A stretch of DNA of 62,613 nucleotides. It comes from Verrucomicrobiota bacterium (lineage in GTDB: Bacteria; Verrucomicrobiota; Verrucomicrobiia; Limisphaerales; CANJSG01). Made by a program: the position numbers and the translations under genes. Location of the stretch: assembly GCA_038209745.1 (NCBI GenBank), contig JBBQXJ010000017.1, positions 1 to 62,613 on the forward strand. Reading direction: 5' to 3'. This document shows positions 9,805-19,893 of the stretch, piece by piece (within the stretch, counting starts at the first letter, position 1; each line of letters opens with the position of its first letter). The notes beneath the pieces were generated by a model that saw only the letters and a list, made by a program, of their open reading frames with translations, was not told the DNA's origin and made no database searches.

Positions 9805-10926
9805 ATGAGCAATAAATTCAACATCGCCGTCATCGGTCTCGGGTTCGGCGCCGAGTTCATTCCCATCTGGCAGAAGCATCCGCAGACGAACTGCTATGCC
9901 ATCTGCCAGCGGAGCGAGAAGAAGCTGAACGACGTCGGCGACTACTTCGGTGTCGAAGTCCGCTATCGCGAATTTGCCGATGTCCTCAAGGATCCCAAGG
10001 TCGACGCGGTCCACATCAATTCCCCCATCCCCGACCACGCGTGGATGTCCATCGAGGCGCTCAAGGCCGGCAAACACGTTGCCTGCACCGTGCCCATGGC
10101 CACCAACATCGCCGACTGCAAGAAGATCGTGGATCTGGTGAAGAAGACCGGCCTCACCTACATGATGATGGAAACCGTGGTCTATGCCCGGGAATACCTC
10201 TTCATGAAAGAGCTCCTCGACAAGGGTGAGCTCGGCAAGCTCCAGTTCGTCCAAGCCTCCCACCAGCAGGACATGGACGGTTGGCCCAACTACTGGCCCG
10301 GCCTTCCGCCGATGTGGTATGCCACGCACTGCGTCGGCCCCGTCTCCGGCCTCGTCGGCCAACCTGCGGAATACGTCTCCTGCTTCGGCTCCGGCACCGT
10401 CCGCAAGGAACTCCAGCAGCACTACGGCAGCCCCTTCGCCGTCGAGACCGCCCACATCAAATACGCCAACAGCGACGTCAGCGCCCGCATCATCCGGTCG
10501 CTCTTCGACACCGCCCGCCAGTACCGCGAGAGCATCGACGTCTACGGCGACAAGAAGTCCGTGGAATGGCCGTTGGTCGAGCACGACCCGCTCATCATCC
10601 ACACTGCGAAGAAGCCCGAGCCCAAGATCCCGAAGGCGGTCAAGTGCCCCGACTTCGCGAAGCGTCTCCCGAAGAGCATCGCGAAATACACGACCCAGGG
10701 CGTCTATGACGACAGCAAGAAGACGCACTTGAGCTTCACCCAGGGCAGCGGCCACGGCGGCAGCCATCCGCACTTGGCCAACGAGTTCGCCAATGCCCTT
10801 GCCGAAGGTCGCGAAACCTTCCCGAACGCCAAACAGTCGGCCAATTGGACCTGCGTCGGCCTCTGCGCCCACGAGTCCGCTTTGGCTGGCGGCAAGATCG
10901 TGAAGCTCCCGGCGTTCACGCAGTAA
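9805..10926 (+). CDS. Gfo/Idh/MocA-family oxidoreductase
   Basis: NIAVIGLGFG Rossmann motif, DAVHINSPIPDH, AGKHVACTVPM; start at MSNKF. Confidence 0.92.
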   Translation: MSNKFNIAVIGLGFGAEFIPIWQKHPQTNCYAICQRSEKKLNDVGDYFGVEVRYREFADVLKDPKVDAVHINSPIPDHAWMSIEALKAGKHVACTVPMATNIADCKKIVDLVKKTGLTYMMMETVVYAREYLFMKELLDKGELGKLQFVQASHQQDMDGWPNYWPGLPPMWYATHCVGPVSGLVGQPAEYVSCFGSGTVRKELQQHYGSPFAVETAHIKYANSDVSARIIRSLFDTARQYRESIDVYGDKKSVEWPLVEHDPLIIHTAKKPEPKIPKAVKCPDFAKRLPKSIAKYTTQGVYDDSKKTHLSFTQGSGHGGSHPHLANEFANALAEGRETFPNAKQSANWTCVGLCAHESALAGGKIVKLPAFTQ

Positions 10927-10940
10927 TCGCGGGCCGCTTG

Positions 10941-10975
10941 AAGGCGGCGGACCAAGAGCCGGTTCGCCGCCTTTG
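10941..10975 (+). terminator. Hairpin, probable terminator after the oxidoreductase
   Basis: AAGGCGGCGGACC-N7-GGTTCGCCGCCTT then TGGTT. Confidence 0.55.
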
Positions 10976-11164
10976 GTTCACCGCTGATTTCTTCCTGTGT
11001 TCTTGCATGGAAGTGGACGTTCCCTTCGAATGCCTCGAACCCTTTTTTCAAAAGTCCAATTCGATGTCCGCCCGGGACTGTTCCCGCAGGACATTTATTG
11101 ACGTAACCCCGGCCAATCCGGCATTGAATCCGGACGTCTCCACATCCAACTACCCTGACTAACT

Positions 11165-12790
11165 ATGAGCAATGGAACTGATTCGGGCATCGCCCCGAAC
11201 GCAAAACGGCTTCTTTGGGCCGGCTTTCTGGCCATTCTCGCCGCCGGCATCGGCTTCGGCATCCGCGGCGGAATCTTGGCCAACTGGGCCGCCGACTTCG
11301 GCTTCACCGGCGCGCAGCTCGGGGCCATCGGCGGGGCCGGCTTCACCGGATTCTGTTTTGGCATCATCATCGGCGGCGTGATCGTGGACAAGATCGGCTA
11401 CGGCAAGCTGGTCGTCGCGGCCTTCCTGTTCCATGTGCTGTCGGCGTTCATCACTTTTGCCGCGGCCAAAGGCCAGGCCCAGGCCACCGCCTACATGTTC
11501 CTGTATATCGGGACCTTCGTCTTTGCCCTGGCCAACGGAACCCTCGAAGCCGTGGCCAATCCGCTCGTCTCCACGTTGTTCCCCAAGAACCGCACCCACT
11601 ACCTCAACATCCTCCACGCGAGCTGGCCGGCCGGTTTGGTGATCGGCGGTCTGGTGGGCTGGATTCTCGGAGACGGAATGCATGTCAGCTGGAAGCTGCA
11701 GCTGGGACTCTTCCTTGTTCCGACCGTGCTCTACGGCATCGCGTTCCTTGGCCAGCATTTCCCGAAGTCCGAAGCTTCCACCAAGGGACTCAGCGTCGGC
11801 GACATGCTCAAGGAGGTCGGCATCCTCGGGTCGATCGTGGCCTGCGGTCTCGTGGGACTTTTCTTCAAGGACCAGCTTGGGGGCATCCTGTCCTTCTTCA
11901 CGGGCAGCGAGTTCTTCGGCTCCGCCGCTTGGAGCTACATTTCCTGGGGCGTCGCTCTCGTCCTGTTGTTGATTGTGGGCGGCAAGACCGGCTTCGCCGT
12001 GGGATCGCTGCTCTTGTTCATCCTGTTTGCGACCCACGCGCTCGTCGGGGCGGTCGAGCTGGGCACCGATGGTTGGATCCAGAACATCACCGGCAACATC
12101 CTGACGCCGGCAGAAGGGAAGATCCTGTTCGTGTTCACCTCGCTGTTGATGTTCGCGCTTCGGTTCTGCGCGCACTTTATCGAGAAGAGCCTGAAAGTTT
12201 CGCCGATCGGCCTCCTTTTCATCTGCGCTATATTGGCGGTGATCGGCTTGCGATTGGTCAGCGGGATCGAAACCTTCGTGGGGGCGTTGGCCGCGCTGGC
12301 CGTCTACGCCCTCGGCAAGACCTTCTTTTGGCCCACCATGCTGGCGGTCGTCGGTGACCGTTTTCCGCGCACCGGCGCGATCGCGATGTCGATCATGGGC
12401 GGTGTCGGGATGATGTCGGCGGGTCTCCTTGGAGGTCCCGGCCTCGGCTACGCCAAGGATCGCTTCACCACGGAGCATCTCACCTCCACCAACCCCGCGC
12501 TCTACGAGCAATACAAGGCCCCCACCTCCAGCAAGTTCCTCTTCCTCGATGCGGTGACCGGACTCGATGGCACCAAGCTTTCGGAGGCCCAAACCGCCAA
12601 GGTCAAGACGCCCGACCAGAAGGCCGTGGTGGAAGCCAGCATCATCGGTGACCGGAAGACGCTGAAGGCGGATTCGTTCATTCCCGCCACCATGGCGGCG
12701 ATTTTCCTCATTCTGTTCGTCTACTTCAAGTCGATCGGCGGCTACAGACCGATCCATATCGACATGACGAAGGGCACAGCCGAGTCCTGA
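11165..12790 (+). CDS. MFS transporter (probable sugar substrate)
   Basis: Many TM helices; [10 protein letters not shown] loop motif, [31 protein letters not shown]. Confidence 0.9.
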   Translation: MSNGTDSGIAPNAKRLLWAGFLAILAAGIGFGIRGGILANWAADFGFTGAQLGAIGGAGFTGFCFGIIIGGVIVDKIGYGKLVVAAFLFHVLSAFITFAAAKGQAQATAYMFLYIGTFVFALANGTLEAVANPLVSTLFPKNRTHYLNILHASWPAGLVIGGLVGWILGDGMHVSWKLQLGLFLVPTVLYGIAFLGQHFPKSEASTKGLSVGDMLKEVGILGSIVACGLVGLFFKDQLGGILSFFTGSEFFGSAAWSYISWGVALVLLLIVGGKTGFAVGSLLLFILFATHALVGAVELGTDGWIQNITGNILTPAEGKILFVFTSLLMFALRFCAHFIEKSLKVSPIGLLFICAILAVIGLRLVSGIETFVGALAALAVYALGKTFFWPTMLAVVGDRFPRTGAIAMSIMGGVGMMSAGLLGGPGLGYAKDRFTTEHLTSTNPALYEQYKAPTSSKFLFLDAVTGLDGTKLSEAQTAKVKTPDQKAVVEASIIGDRKTLKADSFIPATMAAIFLILFVYFKSIGGYRPIHIDMTKGTAES

Positions 12791-12809
12791 CCTCGATCCT
12801 GAATTACGC

Positions 12810-12848
12810 AAAGAAGGCGGCTCCGCCATGGAGCCGCCTTCTTTTTTT
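12810..12848. terminator. Bidirectional intrinsic terminator between the converging MFS and trpF genes
   Basis: AAAGAAGGCGGCTCC-GCCAT-GGAGCCGCCTTCTTT followed by a T-run. Confidence 0.9.
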
Positions 12849-12857
12849 CGGGTCCGC

Positions 12858-13481
12858 TCAATGGTTCCTCGCGAATGCTCCCTGGGCCGCTGCGACGAAG
12901 GCCCGGACCTTGTCCGGATCTTTCCGTCCCGGAGCCGATTCCACTCCGCTCGAAACGTCCACGCCGAACGGGGCGACTTGGGTGATCGCCGCTGCGACGT
13001 TGTCCGGAGTCAATCCGCCCGCCAAGACAATGGGTCTTCCGAGTTCCTTCGCTTCAACGGCCAAGTCCCAGTTGAACTGCGCACCGGTGCCACCGTGTCC
13101 GGCCGTCGAATAGGCATCGAGCAACCACGCATCGGTCGCATAGCTGGACAGTGCGGTGAGCGACGAGGCGTCCTTGATCCGGAAGGCCTTCATCGTCATC
13201 AGACCGAAGCGCAGGCAGAAATCCGGCGGTTCCTCGCCGTGGAACTGGAGGACCGACAACCCCGCAGCCTTGATGGCGGCCCAGACCAGCTCCTCCGATG
13301 GATTCACGAAGACACCGACGTGGGCGGTGAACGGCGACAGACCGTCGACGATGGCGGCCGCCTGCTCCGGCGTCACGGCGCGGACGCTCTGGTCATAGAA
13401 CATCAGGCCGATGGCGCTCGCCCCGGCGTCCGCCGCCACCCGCGCATCTTCTCGGGAAGTGATGCCGCAAATCTTGATCAT
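12858..13481 (-). CDS. trpF: Phosphoribosylanthranilate isomerase
   Basis: IKICGIT, LQFHGEE, LLDAY, GGTGAQFNW, LAGGLTPDNV, GVDVSSGVE. Confidence 0.97.
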   Translation of the reverse strand: MIKICGITSREDARVAADAGASAIGLMFYDQSVRAVTPEQAAAIVDGLSPFTAHVGVFVNPSEELVWAAIKAAGLSVLQFHGEEPPDFCLRFGLMTMKAFRIKDASSLTALSSYATDAWLLDAYSTAGHGGTGAQFNWDLAVEAKELGRPIVLAGGLTPDNVAAAITQVAPFGVDVSSGVESAPGRKDPDKVRAFVAAAQGAFARNH

Positions 13482-13563
13482 CGTAAGGAGCCGAAGCGAG
13501 GAACGCCGGTTCGGCAAGCGGTTTCCGTTCTTCGCGACGTCTTCGACGAACGTTTCGAGCCGC

Positions 13564-13589
13564 TGTAAGTCGGTTGCCGGCTGCACAAC
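13564..13589 (+). promoter_or_regulatory. Putative ECF-sigma promoter upstream of the DUF1223 gene
   Basis: TGTAAG-N12-TGCACAAC; same layout as the motif at 15360-15385 on the minus strand. Confidence 0.6.
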
Positions 13590-13597
13590 CCATCTCC

Positions 13598-14347
13598 ATG
13601 CATTTGTTCTCCATCCTGATCACGGTCGGCGCCTTGGGTCTTGTCCAGTCGGTTGCCGCGGACGAGCGGTCGACTCTCACGCTGCGCAGCGGTCCCGAAC
13701 ATGTGGCGTTGATCGAGCTTTTCAGCAGCGAGGGCTGCAGCAGCTGTCCGCCGGCGGATAAATGGGTTTCGTCGCTGACGAACGCATCCGGGCTCTGGCG
13801 CGACTTTGTGCCCGTGGCGTTCCATGTCGACTACTGGGACGGACTCGGCTGGCCGGATCGGTTCGCCTCGCCGGCCAACACGGCGCGTCAGCACGCGTAT
13901 GCCCAATTTTGGCGATCCAGATCGGTCTACACTCCGGGCTTCGTGCTGAACGGGAAGGAATGGTCGGGCTATCAGGCCCCGGGCGCGAAGAGTGGTTCGG
14001 GAGGCAAGCTGGAGGCCACGTCAACGGCGACCCACTCGGTCCACATTGCCTACACGTTCGACGCGGGAACGGCGGCGTCTCCGATCGTGTTCCACGCGGC
14101 GTGGCTCGGCTTCGGCCTGGTCAACGACGTGCGACGCGGGGAAAACGCCGGGCGGAAACTAGGGCATGATTTTGTGGCTCTGGCCCACGCCGAAAAGCTC
14201 TCCTCCACCGTGGCGGGTCCGTCCGAAACGACCCTCCGTCTCGATCCTCCGAAAGCGGCAGGAACCAACCGCGTCGCCCTCGCGGTGTGGGTCCAGGACG
14301 CGAAGACCGGCCGGGTGCTGCAAGCCGCGGGCGATTGGGCCAAGTGA
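13598..14347 (+). CDS. DUF1223-family secreted thioredoxin-fold protein
   Basis: Signal peptide; ELFSSEGCSSCPPAD, FHVDYWD, VYTP, RGENAGRKL.HD. Confidence 0.9.
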   Translation: MHLFSILITVGALGLVQSVAADERSTLTLRSGPEHVALIELFSSEGCSSCPPADKWVSSLTNASGLWRDFVPVAFHVDYWDGLGWPDRFASPANTARQHAYAQFWRSRSVYTPGFVLNGKEWSGYQAPGAKSGSGGKLEATSTATHSVHIAYTFDAGTAASPIVFHAAWLGFGLVNDVRRGENAGRKLGHDFVALAHAEKLSSTVAGPSETTLRLDPPKAAGTNRVALAVWVQDAKTGRVLQAAGDWAK

Positions 14348-14364
14348 CGCGCCGCGCCGGGAGG

Positions 14365-15009
14365 TCACTCGGTGCTTTCCGGCGTGCGGCCGAGCCAGGC
14401 GACTTCGAGGCAGCGCCGAAGGGCGAAGCGGGCCCGGTGAAGCATCACCCAGAGGTTGTTCGGCGTGATGCCGAGGGCCGCACAGATCTCCTCGGTGGAT
14501 GTATCGTCGACCTCGCGCATCAGAAACACGCGGGCGCTCCGTTCCGGCAGCTTGGCCGTACAGTGGTTGAAGGCCTTCCAGAATTCGTCCCGGTCGAGAT
14601 TCTCGACGGTTCCGCCCCATTCGCCCGGCGCCCGGTCGGCGGCCCAATGCGGCAGAAAGCCCCGGTCCTCGAAGCTCCGCGTCTCTTCGTCCCCATGAAA
14701 ATCGAGATCGGTGAAGGTCGTCTCGCGTCCCGCGCGGCGGAAATGGTCCAAGATCTTGTTCCGCAAGATTCCGGTCAGCCAACTCCGCTCGGTGGAGCGG
14801 CCTTCGAAACGGTGGTGCGCCTTGATGCCGGCCAAGAGGGCTTCCTGCACAAAATCCTCGGCCAAGGTCGGATTGCGCAGGCGGGACAGGGCGAAGTGAA
14901 AGAGATAGTCGCCGTGTTCATCCACCCAGCGTTCAGGGTGGGCGGCGGGACCGATGGAAACCGGCGTTTCGTCACCCGTGGTCATGGTCGCAATCTCCTT
15001 CGTCGACAT
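14365..15009 (-). CDS. ECF sigma-70 factor
   Basis: AEDFVQEALL, FEGRSTERSWLTGILRNKILD (region 2); VFLMREV...EEICAALGITPNNLWVMLHRAR (region 4). Confidence 0.93.
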   Translation of the reverse strand: MSTKEIATMTTGDETPVSIGPAAHPERWVDEHGDYLFHFALSRLRNPTLAEDFVQEALLAGIKAHHRFEGRSTERSWLTGILRNKILDHFRRAGRETTFTDLDFHGDEETRSFEDRGFLPHWAADRAPGEWGGTVENLDRDEFWKAFNHCTAKLPERSARVFLMREVDDTSTEEICAALGITPNNLWVMLHRARFALRRCLEVAWLGRTPESTE

Positions 15010-15331
15010 GCTTCTTGAGCGCCGCTTTGAGGCGCTCCTTGGCTTCGGGAGACAGACGCTTGGGCGAACCGTTCTCGGGACGCCAGCGCCGGGCCGTGCG
15101 GTGGAGCAGATTCAGCTGCGTCCGATAGCGCCGACAGGCGGAGCACATGGCGAGGTGGATCCTGGCCCCGATCCGGTCGAACAAGCCGGGCTCGCGCTCC
15201 AGCGCGTCGGAGCTCCGTCGGGTCATCTCCCGGCAACCGGGCATGAGGGAGGCGCGTGCCCGTTCCAGGGCCTTGGTGCAGCGTTCGAGGAATGTCATGG
15301 CGGCCGCGGTGGCCGGTTCGCCGTCTGCCAT
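14972..15331 (-). CDS. zf-HC2 (ZAS) soluble anti-sigma factor
   Basis: C...(CREMT)...HLAMCSAC HxxxCxxC motif; overlaps the sigma gene; start may be at 15298. Confidence 0.85.
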   Translation of the reverse strand: MADGEPATAAAMTFLERCTKALERARASLMPGCREMTRRSSDALEREPGLFDRIGARIHLAMCSACRRYRTQLNLLHRTARRWRPENGSPKRLSPEAKERLKAALKKHVDEGDCDHDHG

Positions 15332-15359
15332 CGACGACGAGCCTGCTCACCTCCGGTCC

Positions 15360-15385
15360 GTCGTGCAAGGCCCCCGCGCCTTACA
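15360..15385 (-). promoter_or_regulatory. Putative ECF-sigma promoter upstream of the ZAS-ECF operon
   Basis: Minus strand TGTAAG-N12-TGCACGAC. Confidence 0.6.
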
Positions 15386-15448
15386 ACGGGGTCCTTTAAT
15401 GGCCACGTCGTTCTTCACAAGTCGGAGCCGGCCCGACATGCTCCGCGT

Positions 15449-16333
15449 GTGCCCTGGCAGAAAATCACCTTGATCGGCGTCGGCCTGCTTGGCGGGTCCA
15501 TCGGACTTGCCGTCCAGCAGCGGAAGCTGGCCGCCCGGGTCGAGGGATATGTCCGTCGCGCCGCCACGATCGGCGAGTGCGAGCAGATGGGCATCCTCCA
15601 CCATGCGCATCGGGATCTGGTCCCCTCGGTGGAAGGCGCGGATCTGGTCGTTTTCTGCACGCCCATTGCCCAGATGAAGGACTTGGCCCGGAGCATCGCG
15701 CCGCACTTGAGGCCCGGCGCCATTGTGACCGACGTCGGCAGCGTGAAGGGCACCGTCGTGGCGGATCTGGATCCGATCTTCAAGGAGGTCGGCGTCGCTT
15801 TTGTCGGGAGCCACCCGATGGCGGGGGGCGAGAAGTCCGGCCCGCTTGCAGCCAAGGCCAACCTCTTCGAAGACGCCGTCTGCGTGGTCACCCCGACGGC
15901 TTCGACGCCCAAGCCGGCGCTGGAAAAGGTGGAACAGTTCTGGAGGGATCTTGGATCCCGCGTGCTGCGGATTTCACCGGAGGCGCACGACGATCTCGTG
16001 GGCCGTTCCAGCCACTTGCCGCACGTGGTCGCCGCCGAACTGGCCAATTACGTCCTCAGCCCCGTCCACCCGAAGGAGCAGGCTCTTCTCTGTGCCGCCG
16101 GATTTCGCGACATCACGCGGATCGCGTCCGGCTCCCCCGAGATGTGGCGCGACATCTCGCTGGCGAACCGGAAGAACCTGTCGCGCGTTCTTGGCGTGTT
16201 CATCGAGGATCTCCAGGAATTCCGGCACGCGCTCGATGATGGCGACGTCCGCGTCGTCGAGGAATTCTTCGAGAAAGCCAAACAGCGGCGCGGTGCCTGG
16301 ACCGGAAACGGAGCGTCTCCGTCTCCGGAGTGA
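15449..16333 (+). CDS. tyrA: Prephenate dehydrogenase
   Basis: IGVGLLGGS, TDVGSVK, FVGSHPMAGGEKSG, HD...SSHLPH, GFRDITRIA; GTG start inferred. Confidence 0.93.
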   Translation: MPWQKITLIGVGLLGGSIGLAVQQRKLAARVEGYVRRAATIGECEQMGILHHAHRDLVPSVEGADLVVFCTPIAQMKDLARSIAPHLRPGAIVTDVGSVKGTVVADLDPIFKEVGVAFVGSHPMAGGEKSGPLAAKANLFEDAVCVVTPTASTPKPALEKVEQFWRDLGSRVLRISPEAHDDLVGRSSHLPHVVAAELANYVLSPVHPKEQALLCAAGFRDITRIASGSPEMWRDISLANRKNLSRVLGVFIEDLQEFRHALDDGDVRVVEEFFEKAKQRRGAWTGNGASPSPE

Positions 16334-16377
16334 ATTTCCCCCACCTCCTGCAGGCCTGAATCTGTCGCAACCGCCGA

Positions 16378-17706
16378 ATGTCCCTCCCCAGCCTCATCGA
16401 AATCGTCCCGCTCAAAGCCCCGGTCACGGCCGAGATCACCGTGCCCGGCTCCAAGAGCATCACCAACCGCGCCCTGGTTCTCGCCGCGTTGGCCGATGGC
16501 GCCACCACGTTGCGAGGTGCGCTCTGGAGCGAGGACACGCAGGTGATGGTCGAGGGTCTGACCCGCTTGGGTTTTGAGGTGCGGGTGGAGCCGGATCCCG
16601 CCGAGGACTGTAATAGGACCATCACGGTGGAAGGACTGGGCGGCGCGATTCCCCGGGAGGGCACACCGGAAAAGCCGCTGGAGCTCTTCGTCGGCAATGC
16701 CGGCACGGCCGCCCGCTTCCTCGCCGCAATGGTCTGCCTGGGCAATGGCGTCTATCGCCTCAGCGGCATTCCCAGGATGCACGAACGGCCGCAGGCGGCG
16801 CTCTTCCAGGCCCTTCGGGAACTGGGCTACCGGATCGACGCGACGAACGACAAGCTGCCGGCGGTGATCCACGGGCAAGGAACGCGGAGCGCGGAAGTCA
16901 GAACACGGAGCTGCGCGGTGAGCGTGGATGAGAGTTCGCAGTTTGCGTCCGCTCTGATCCTCAGCGCCGAAGTCGGCGGTTGGGAAATCTCCATCTCTGG
17001 CCATGACGACGAGGAGCTGCCGTATGTGGAAATGACCAAGGAAATGGTGAAAGCCTTTCCGAAGAACGGGGGGGGATTTCAGATCGAGTTGGACTCCTCA
17101 AGTGGCAGCTATTTTTGGTCCGCCAACACGTTGTTCGCCTGGGCGTCAAAATCCGGTTCGGAGGAGACAGAGATTTCAGTCCCCGACTGGCCGAACACCG
17201 GTTGGCAATTGGATTCCAAGTTTCATGACTACTCGAAGGACGCGATCGGACTTAAGATGATCGATCCGGTGTCCCGAAAGGCTCAGCTTGCGGACAGCAT
17301 TATGACAGCAATCGTGATGGCGCCGCTCGAACCACGTAGCATACCAAAACGCTTCACCGACCTTGGCCGCCTCCGCGTCCAGGAGTGCGAACGCGTCGTC
17401 GCCCTGCGCACGGAGCTGACCAAGTGCGGCGCGAGGGTGATCGAAGAAGGCGACACTTTGACGGTTTATCCATCCGAACTCCACGGCGCGGAGATCGAGA
17501 CCTACAACGACCACCGCATGGCCATGTGTTTCGCCGTGCTTGGTCTAAGGGTTCCCGGCATCAAAATCCGCAACCCGGCCTGCGTGAAGAAGACCTTCCC
17601 CAACTTCTTCCAGAAACTCGCCGCAGCCCCACCCCACGGCCTCGGCGCCACCATTCTCGATGGCGCGGGTCGGCCGCTCTCGGGCGACGCGCTCTTTGCG
17701 GATTAA
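16378..17706 (+). CDS. aroA: 3-phosphoshikimate 1-carboxyvinyltransferase (EPSP synthase)
   Basis: PGSKSITNRAL, GNAGTAARFL, RMHERP, SSQFASAL, NDHRMAM, CVKKTFPNFF. Confidence 0.95.
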   Translation: MSLPSLIEIVPLKAPVTAEITVPGSKSITNRALVLAALADGATTLRGALWSEDTQVMVEGLTRLGFEVRVEPDPAEDCNRTITVEGLGGAIPREGTPEKPLELFVGNAGTAARFLAAMVCLGNGVYRLSGIPRMHERPQAALFQALRELGYRIDATNDKLPAVIHGQGTRSAEVRTRSCAVSVDESSQFASALILSAEVGGWEISISGHDDEELPYVEMTKEMVKAFPKNGGGFQIELDSSSGSYFWSANTLFAWASKSGSEETEISVPDWPNTGWQLDSKFHDYSKDAIGLKMIDPVSRKAQLADSIMTAIVMAPLEPRSIPKRFTDLGRLRVQECERVVALRTELTKCGARVIEEGDTLTVYPSELHGAEIETYNDHRMAMCFAVLGLRVPGIKIRNPACVKKTFPNFFQKLAAAPPHGLGATILDGAGRPLSGDALFAD

Positions 17707-17919
17707 CAGGAGCTCGTATTTGGGCGATGTGAGCTGGCGTTTTTCCTCAAGGATTCCGGTTTTGGCGCCGATAGGTGACATGAGCCGGGGCGCAGGACCG
17801 AGGGTCGTGCTCTCTTCTTCCGCTGGGTCGCAGGTCGACCTGTGGTGAACATTCCCCGATTGAAACATGAAGAACTGGATCGCCGTAGCGGGTCTGGCCG
17901 CGGGTATTGAACCAACGCC

Positions 17920-18351
17920 ATGAACGAACCGCATGCAGCCACGATGGAAGCGACGCGGCCTCTCTTGCCACGGGGTCCCATCGTCTTGGTGGACGACGAC
18001 GAGCTTCTGCGCACCGCCCTCGTGGCGATCCTTGAGCGGGCCGGTTTCACGGTCCATGCCACGGTCGACGGTGAACAGGCGCTCCGCTTCATCGAGAAAA
18101 ATCCGGTCAGTCTCGTGATCACCGATCTGATCATGCCGCAGATCGAAGGCATCGAGCTCATCGTGCGCCTGCGCAAGAGCCGTCCGGATCTCAAGATCAT
18201 CGCCATCTCCGGTGGAGGCAGAGTGCGGCCCGAGACGTTTCTGGGCGCGGCCAAGTCGCTGGGCGCTTGGAAGGTGATGAGCAAGCCGTTTTCCACCCCC
18301 GATCTGATCGCCGCGATCCACGAGGCGCTCGAAACGACGCCCGGGATCTGA
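17920..18351 (+). CDS. Single-domain (CheY-like) response regulator
   Basis: VLVDDD, LVITDLIMP, IIAISGG, KPF. Confidence 0.9.
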   Translation: MNEPHAATMEATRPLLPRGPIVLVDDDELLRTALVAILERAGFTVHATVDGEQALRFIEKNPVSLVITDLIMPQIEGIELIVRLRKSRPDLKIIAISGGGRVRPETFLGAAKSLGAWKVMSKPFSTPDLIAAIHEALETTPGI

Positions 18352-18390
18352 AGATCTGCGCGAGCTGCTCGGTTCGTGCTTTTGGGTGGG

Positions 18391-19719
18391 CTATTGGCCC
18401 AGGCAGTAAAGCGTGGCTCCGGCGCGGATCAAGAGTTGCCCGTCCGAGAGCACGATGGAGGACCGCAGCGCCCGGTCCGTGTCGTCGCCGAAATCGGCCG
18501 TGTGGAGGAGCTTGAACTCGTCCTTGCCCGCCTTCGCCACGAACACTTCCCCCTGCATGTTCATCGAGTAGATCTTGCCGTCGGCGGCGGTCGGGGAGGA
18601 TTCGAACTGGCTGCGGCTGTCGAAGCGGCCGGTCCAGAGCGTCTTCCCGGTTTTCGGATCCACGGCGAGCAGCAGCTTCTTGTTCCCGTTCAACACGTAG
18701 AAGAGTCCGTCGTAGAAGAGGGGCGTGGGCACGTCCGAGGTGAGGTCGCGGTCGTCCGCGCTGGACCAGGCGATGGCGTCGTCGTTGAGGGTGCCGTGGA
18801 GACCGAGCTTGATGGCGAAGACGGGTGCGTTCTTGGGACCGCAGCCGAGGACCACGCCTTCTGCCGCCACCGGTGACGGGACCAGTCGCCAATGGGTGAT
18901 CCGGGTCGGATTCCAGGTGCCCCAACGCCAGAACTCCTCGCCCGTCTTGGGATCGTGGCCGCTCAGCATGTCGCCGCCGGAGACGAGGATCTCGGTTCGC
19001 CCGTTGTAAGTGTGGGGAATCGGCGAACTGAAGGCTTCGCGCGATTCCTGCCGTGCTTCGGTGGGACGAATCACCTTGAAAAGCTGCTTTCCAGTCGTGG
19101 GATCCAGTCCGAGCAGGTAGGAATCGCTGGGGCCATCCTTCACGCCACGGCCTTGGGCCGGCACGTCGCGCTGAAGAACCTGGAGATAGAGCACGCCGCC
19201 GTGGACAAGCGGGCTGCTCGAGAAGGTCCATTGGAAGGCGAACTGGCCGTGGTCCTTCTCGATGTTTCGCGCCCAGACCTTGGTGCCGTCGAGATCGAAG
19301 GCGATGAGGTCGGACGTGCCGTAGAAGAAATAGACACGCATCCCGTCGGTCGTGGGAGAAGGGGAGGCGTAGTTGCTCTTGTCGTCGCGGCGGAAGCCGG
19401 GCGTGACCGTCTGGCGCCAAAGTTCCTTGCCCGTTTTCCGGTCGAGACAGAGCGCGAGCAGCGACTGGGACTCCTTGTCCGTCGAGCTGACGAAGACTCG
19501 GTCTCCCAAGACGATCGGTGTGGCCGCGGAGGGTCCGGGCATGGCGGCGGCCCACTTGACGTGTTCGGTTTTTGAAAAGGTTTCAGGCAGCGCCTTGGCC
19601 GTTGAGGAACCATTGAAATCGGGTCCGCGCCAATGGGTCCAGTCCTGTGCCAAAATGGCGTTGGCCAGAAGGAGACATCCGGCGAGCAGAGGGCGGGCAA
19701 GGTGGGTCGGTGGGTTCAT
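18391..19719 (-). CDS. PQQ-binding-like beta-propeller secreted protein
   Basis: Signal peptide, DWTHWRGP start, repeated TGKELW / SSP / DG..Y blades. Confidence 0.88.
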   Translation of the reverse strand: MNPPTHLARPLLAGCLLLANAILAQDWTHWRGPDFNGSSTAKALPETFSKTEHVKWAAAMPGPSAATPIVLGDRVFVSSTDKESQSLLALCLDRKTGKELWRQTVTPGFRRDDKSNYASPSPTTDGMRVYFFYGTSDLIAFDLDGTKVWARNIEKDHGQFAFQWTFSSSPLVHGGVLYLQVLQRDVPAQGRGVKDGPSDSYLLGLDPTTGKQLFKVIRPTEARQESREAFSSPIPHTYNGRTEILVSGGDMLSGHDPKTGEEFWRWGTWNPTRITHWRLVPSPVAAEGVVLGCGPKNAPVFAIKLGLHGTLNDDAIAWSSADDRDLTSDVPTPLFYDGLFYVLNGNKKLLLAVDPKTGKTLWTGRFDSRSQFESSPTAADGKIYSMNMQGEVFVAKAGKDEFKLLHTADFGDDTDRALRSSIVLSDGQLLIRAGATLYCLGQ

Positions 19720-19893
19720 GGATTCTGTTTCCTGCAATGGTGACCACCGGCGGTTACAGCCGGCGACGTCTCGGTTTCGCGGAATTTGAGCGGCGGGAAG
19801 GTGGAAGAATTCAACCGGGAAGCAGAAACGCCCCGCCGGGGAGATTCCGTCAAGCTCCAGGCCGACCGGACGCCGGCCAATCCAGCGGAAGTT

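Noticed and set aside
14954..15448. N-terminal extension of the TyrA ORF (and similar extensions on sulfatase, alkA-like, nitroreductase, lnt, RDD and moaC ORFs)
   Set aside because: These are longest-ORF artefacts overlapping neighbouring genes; homology motifs begin at the downstream starts I used.
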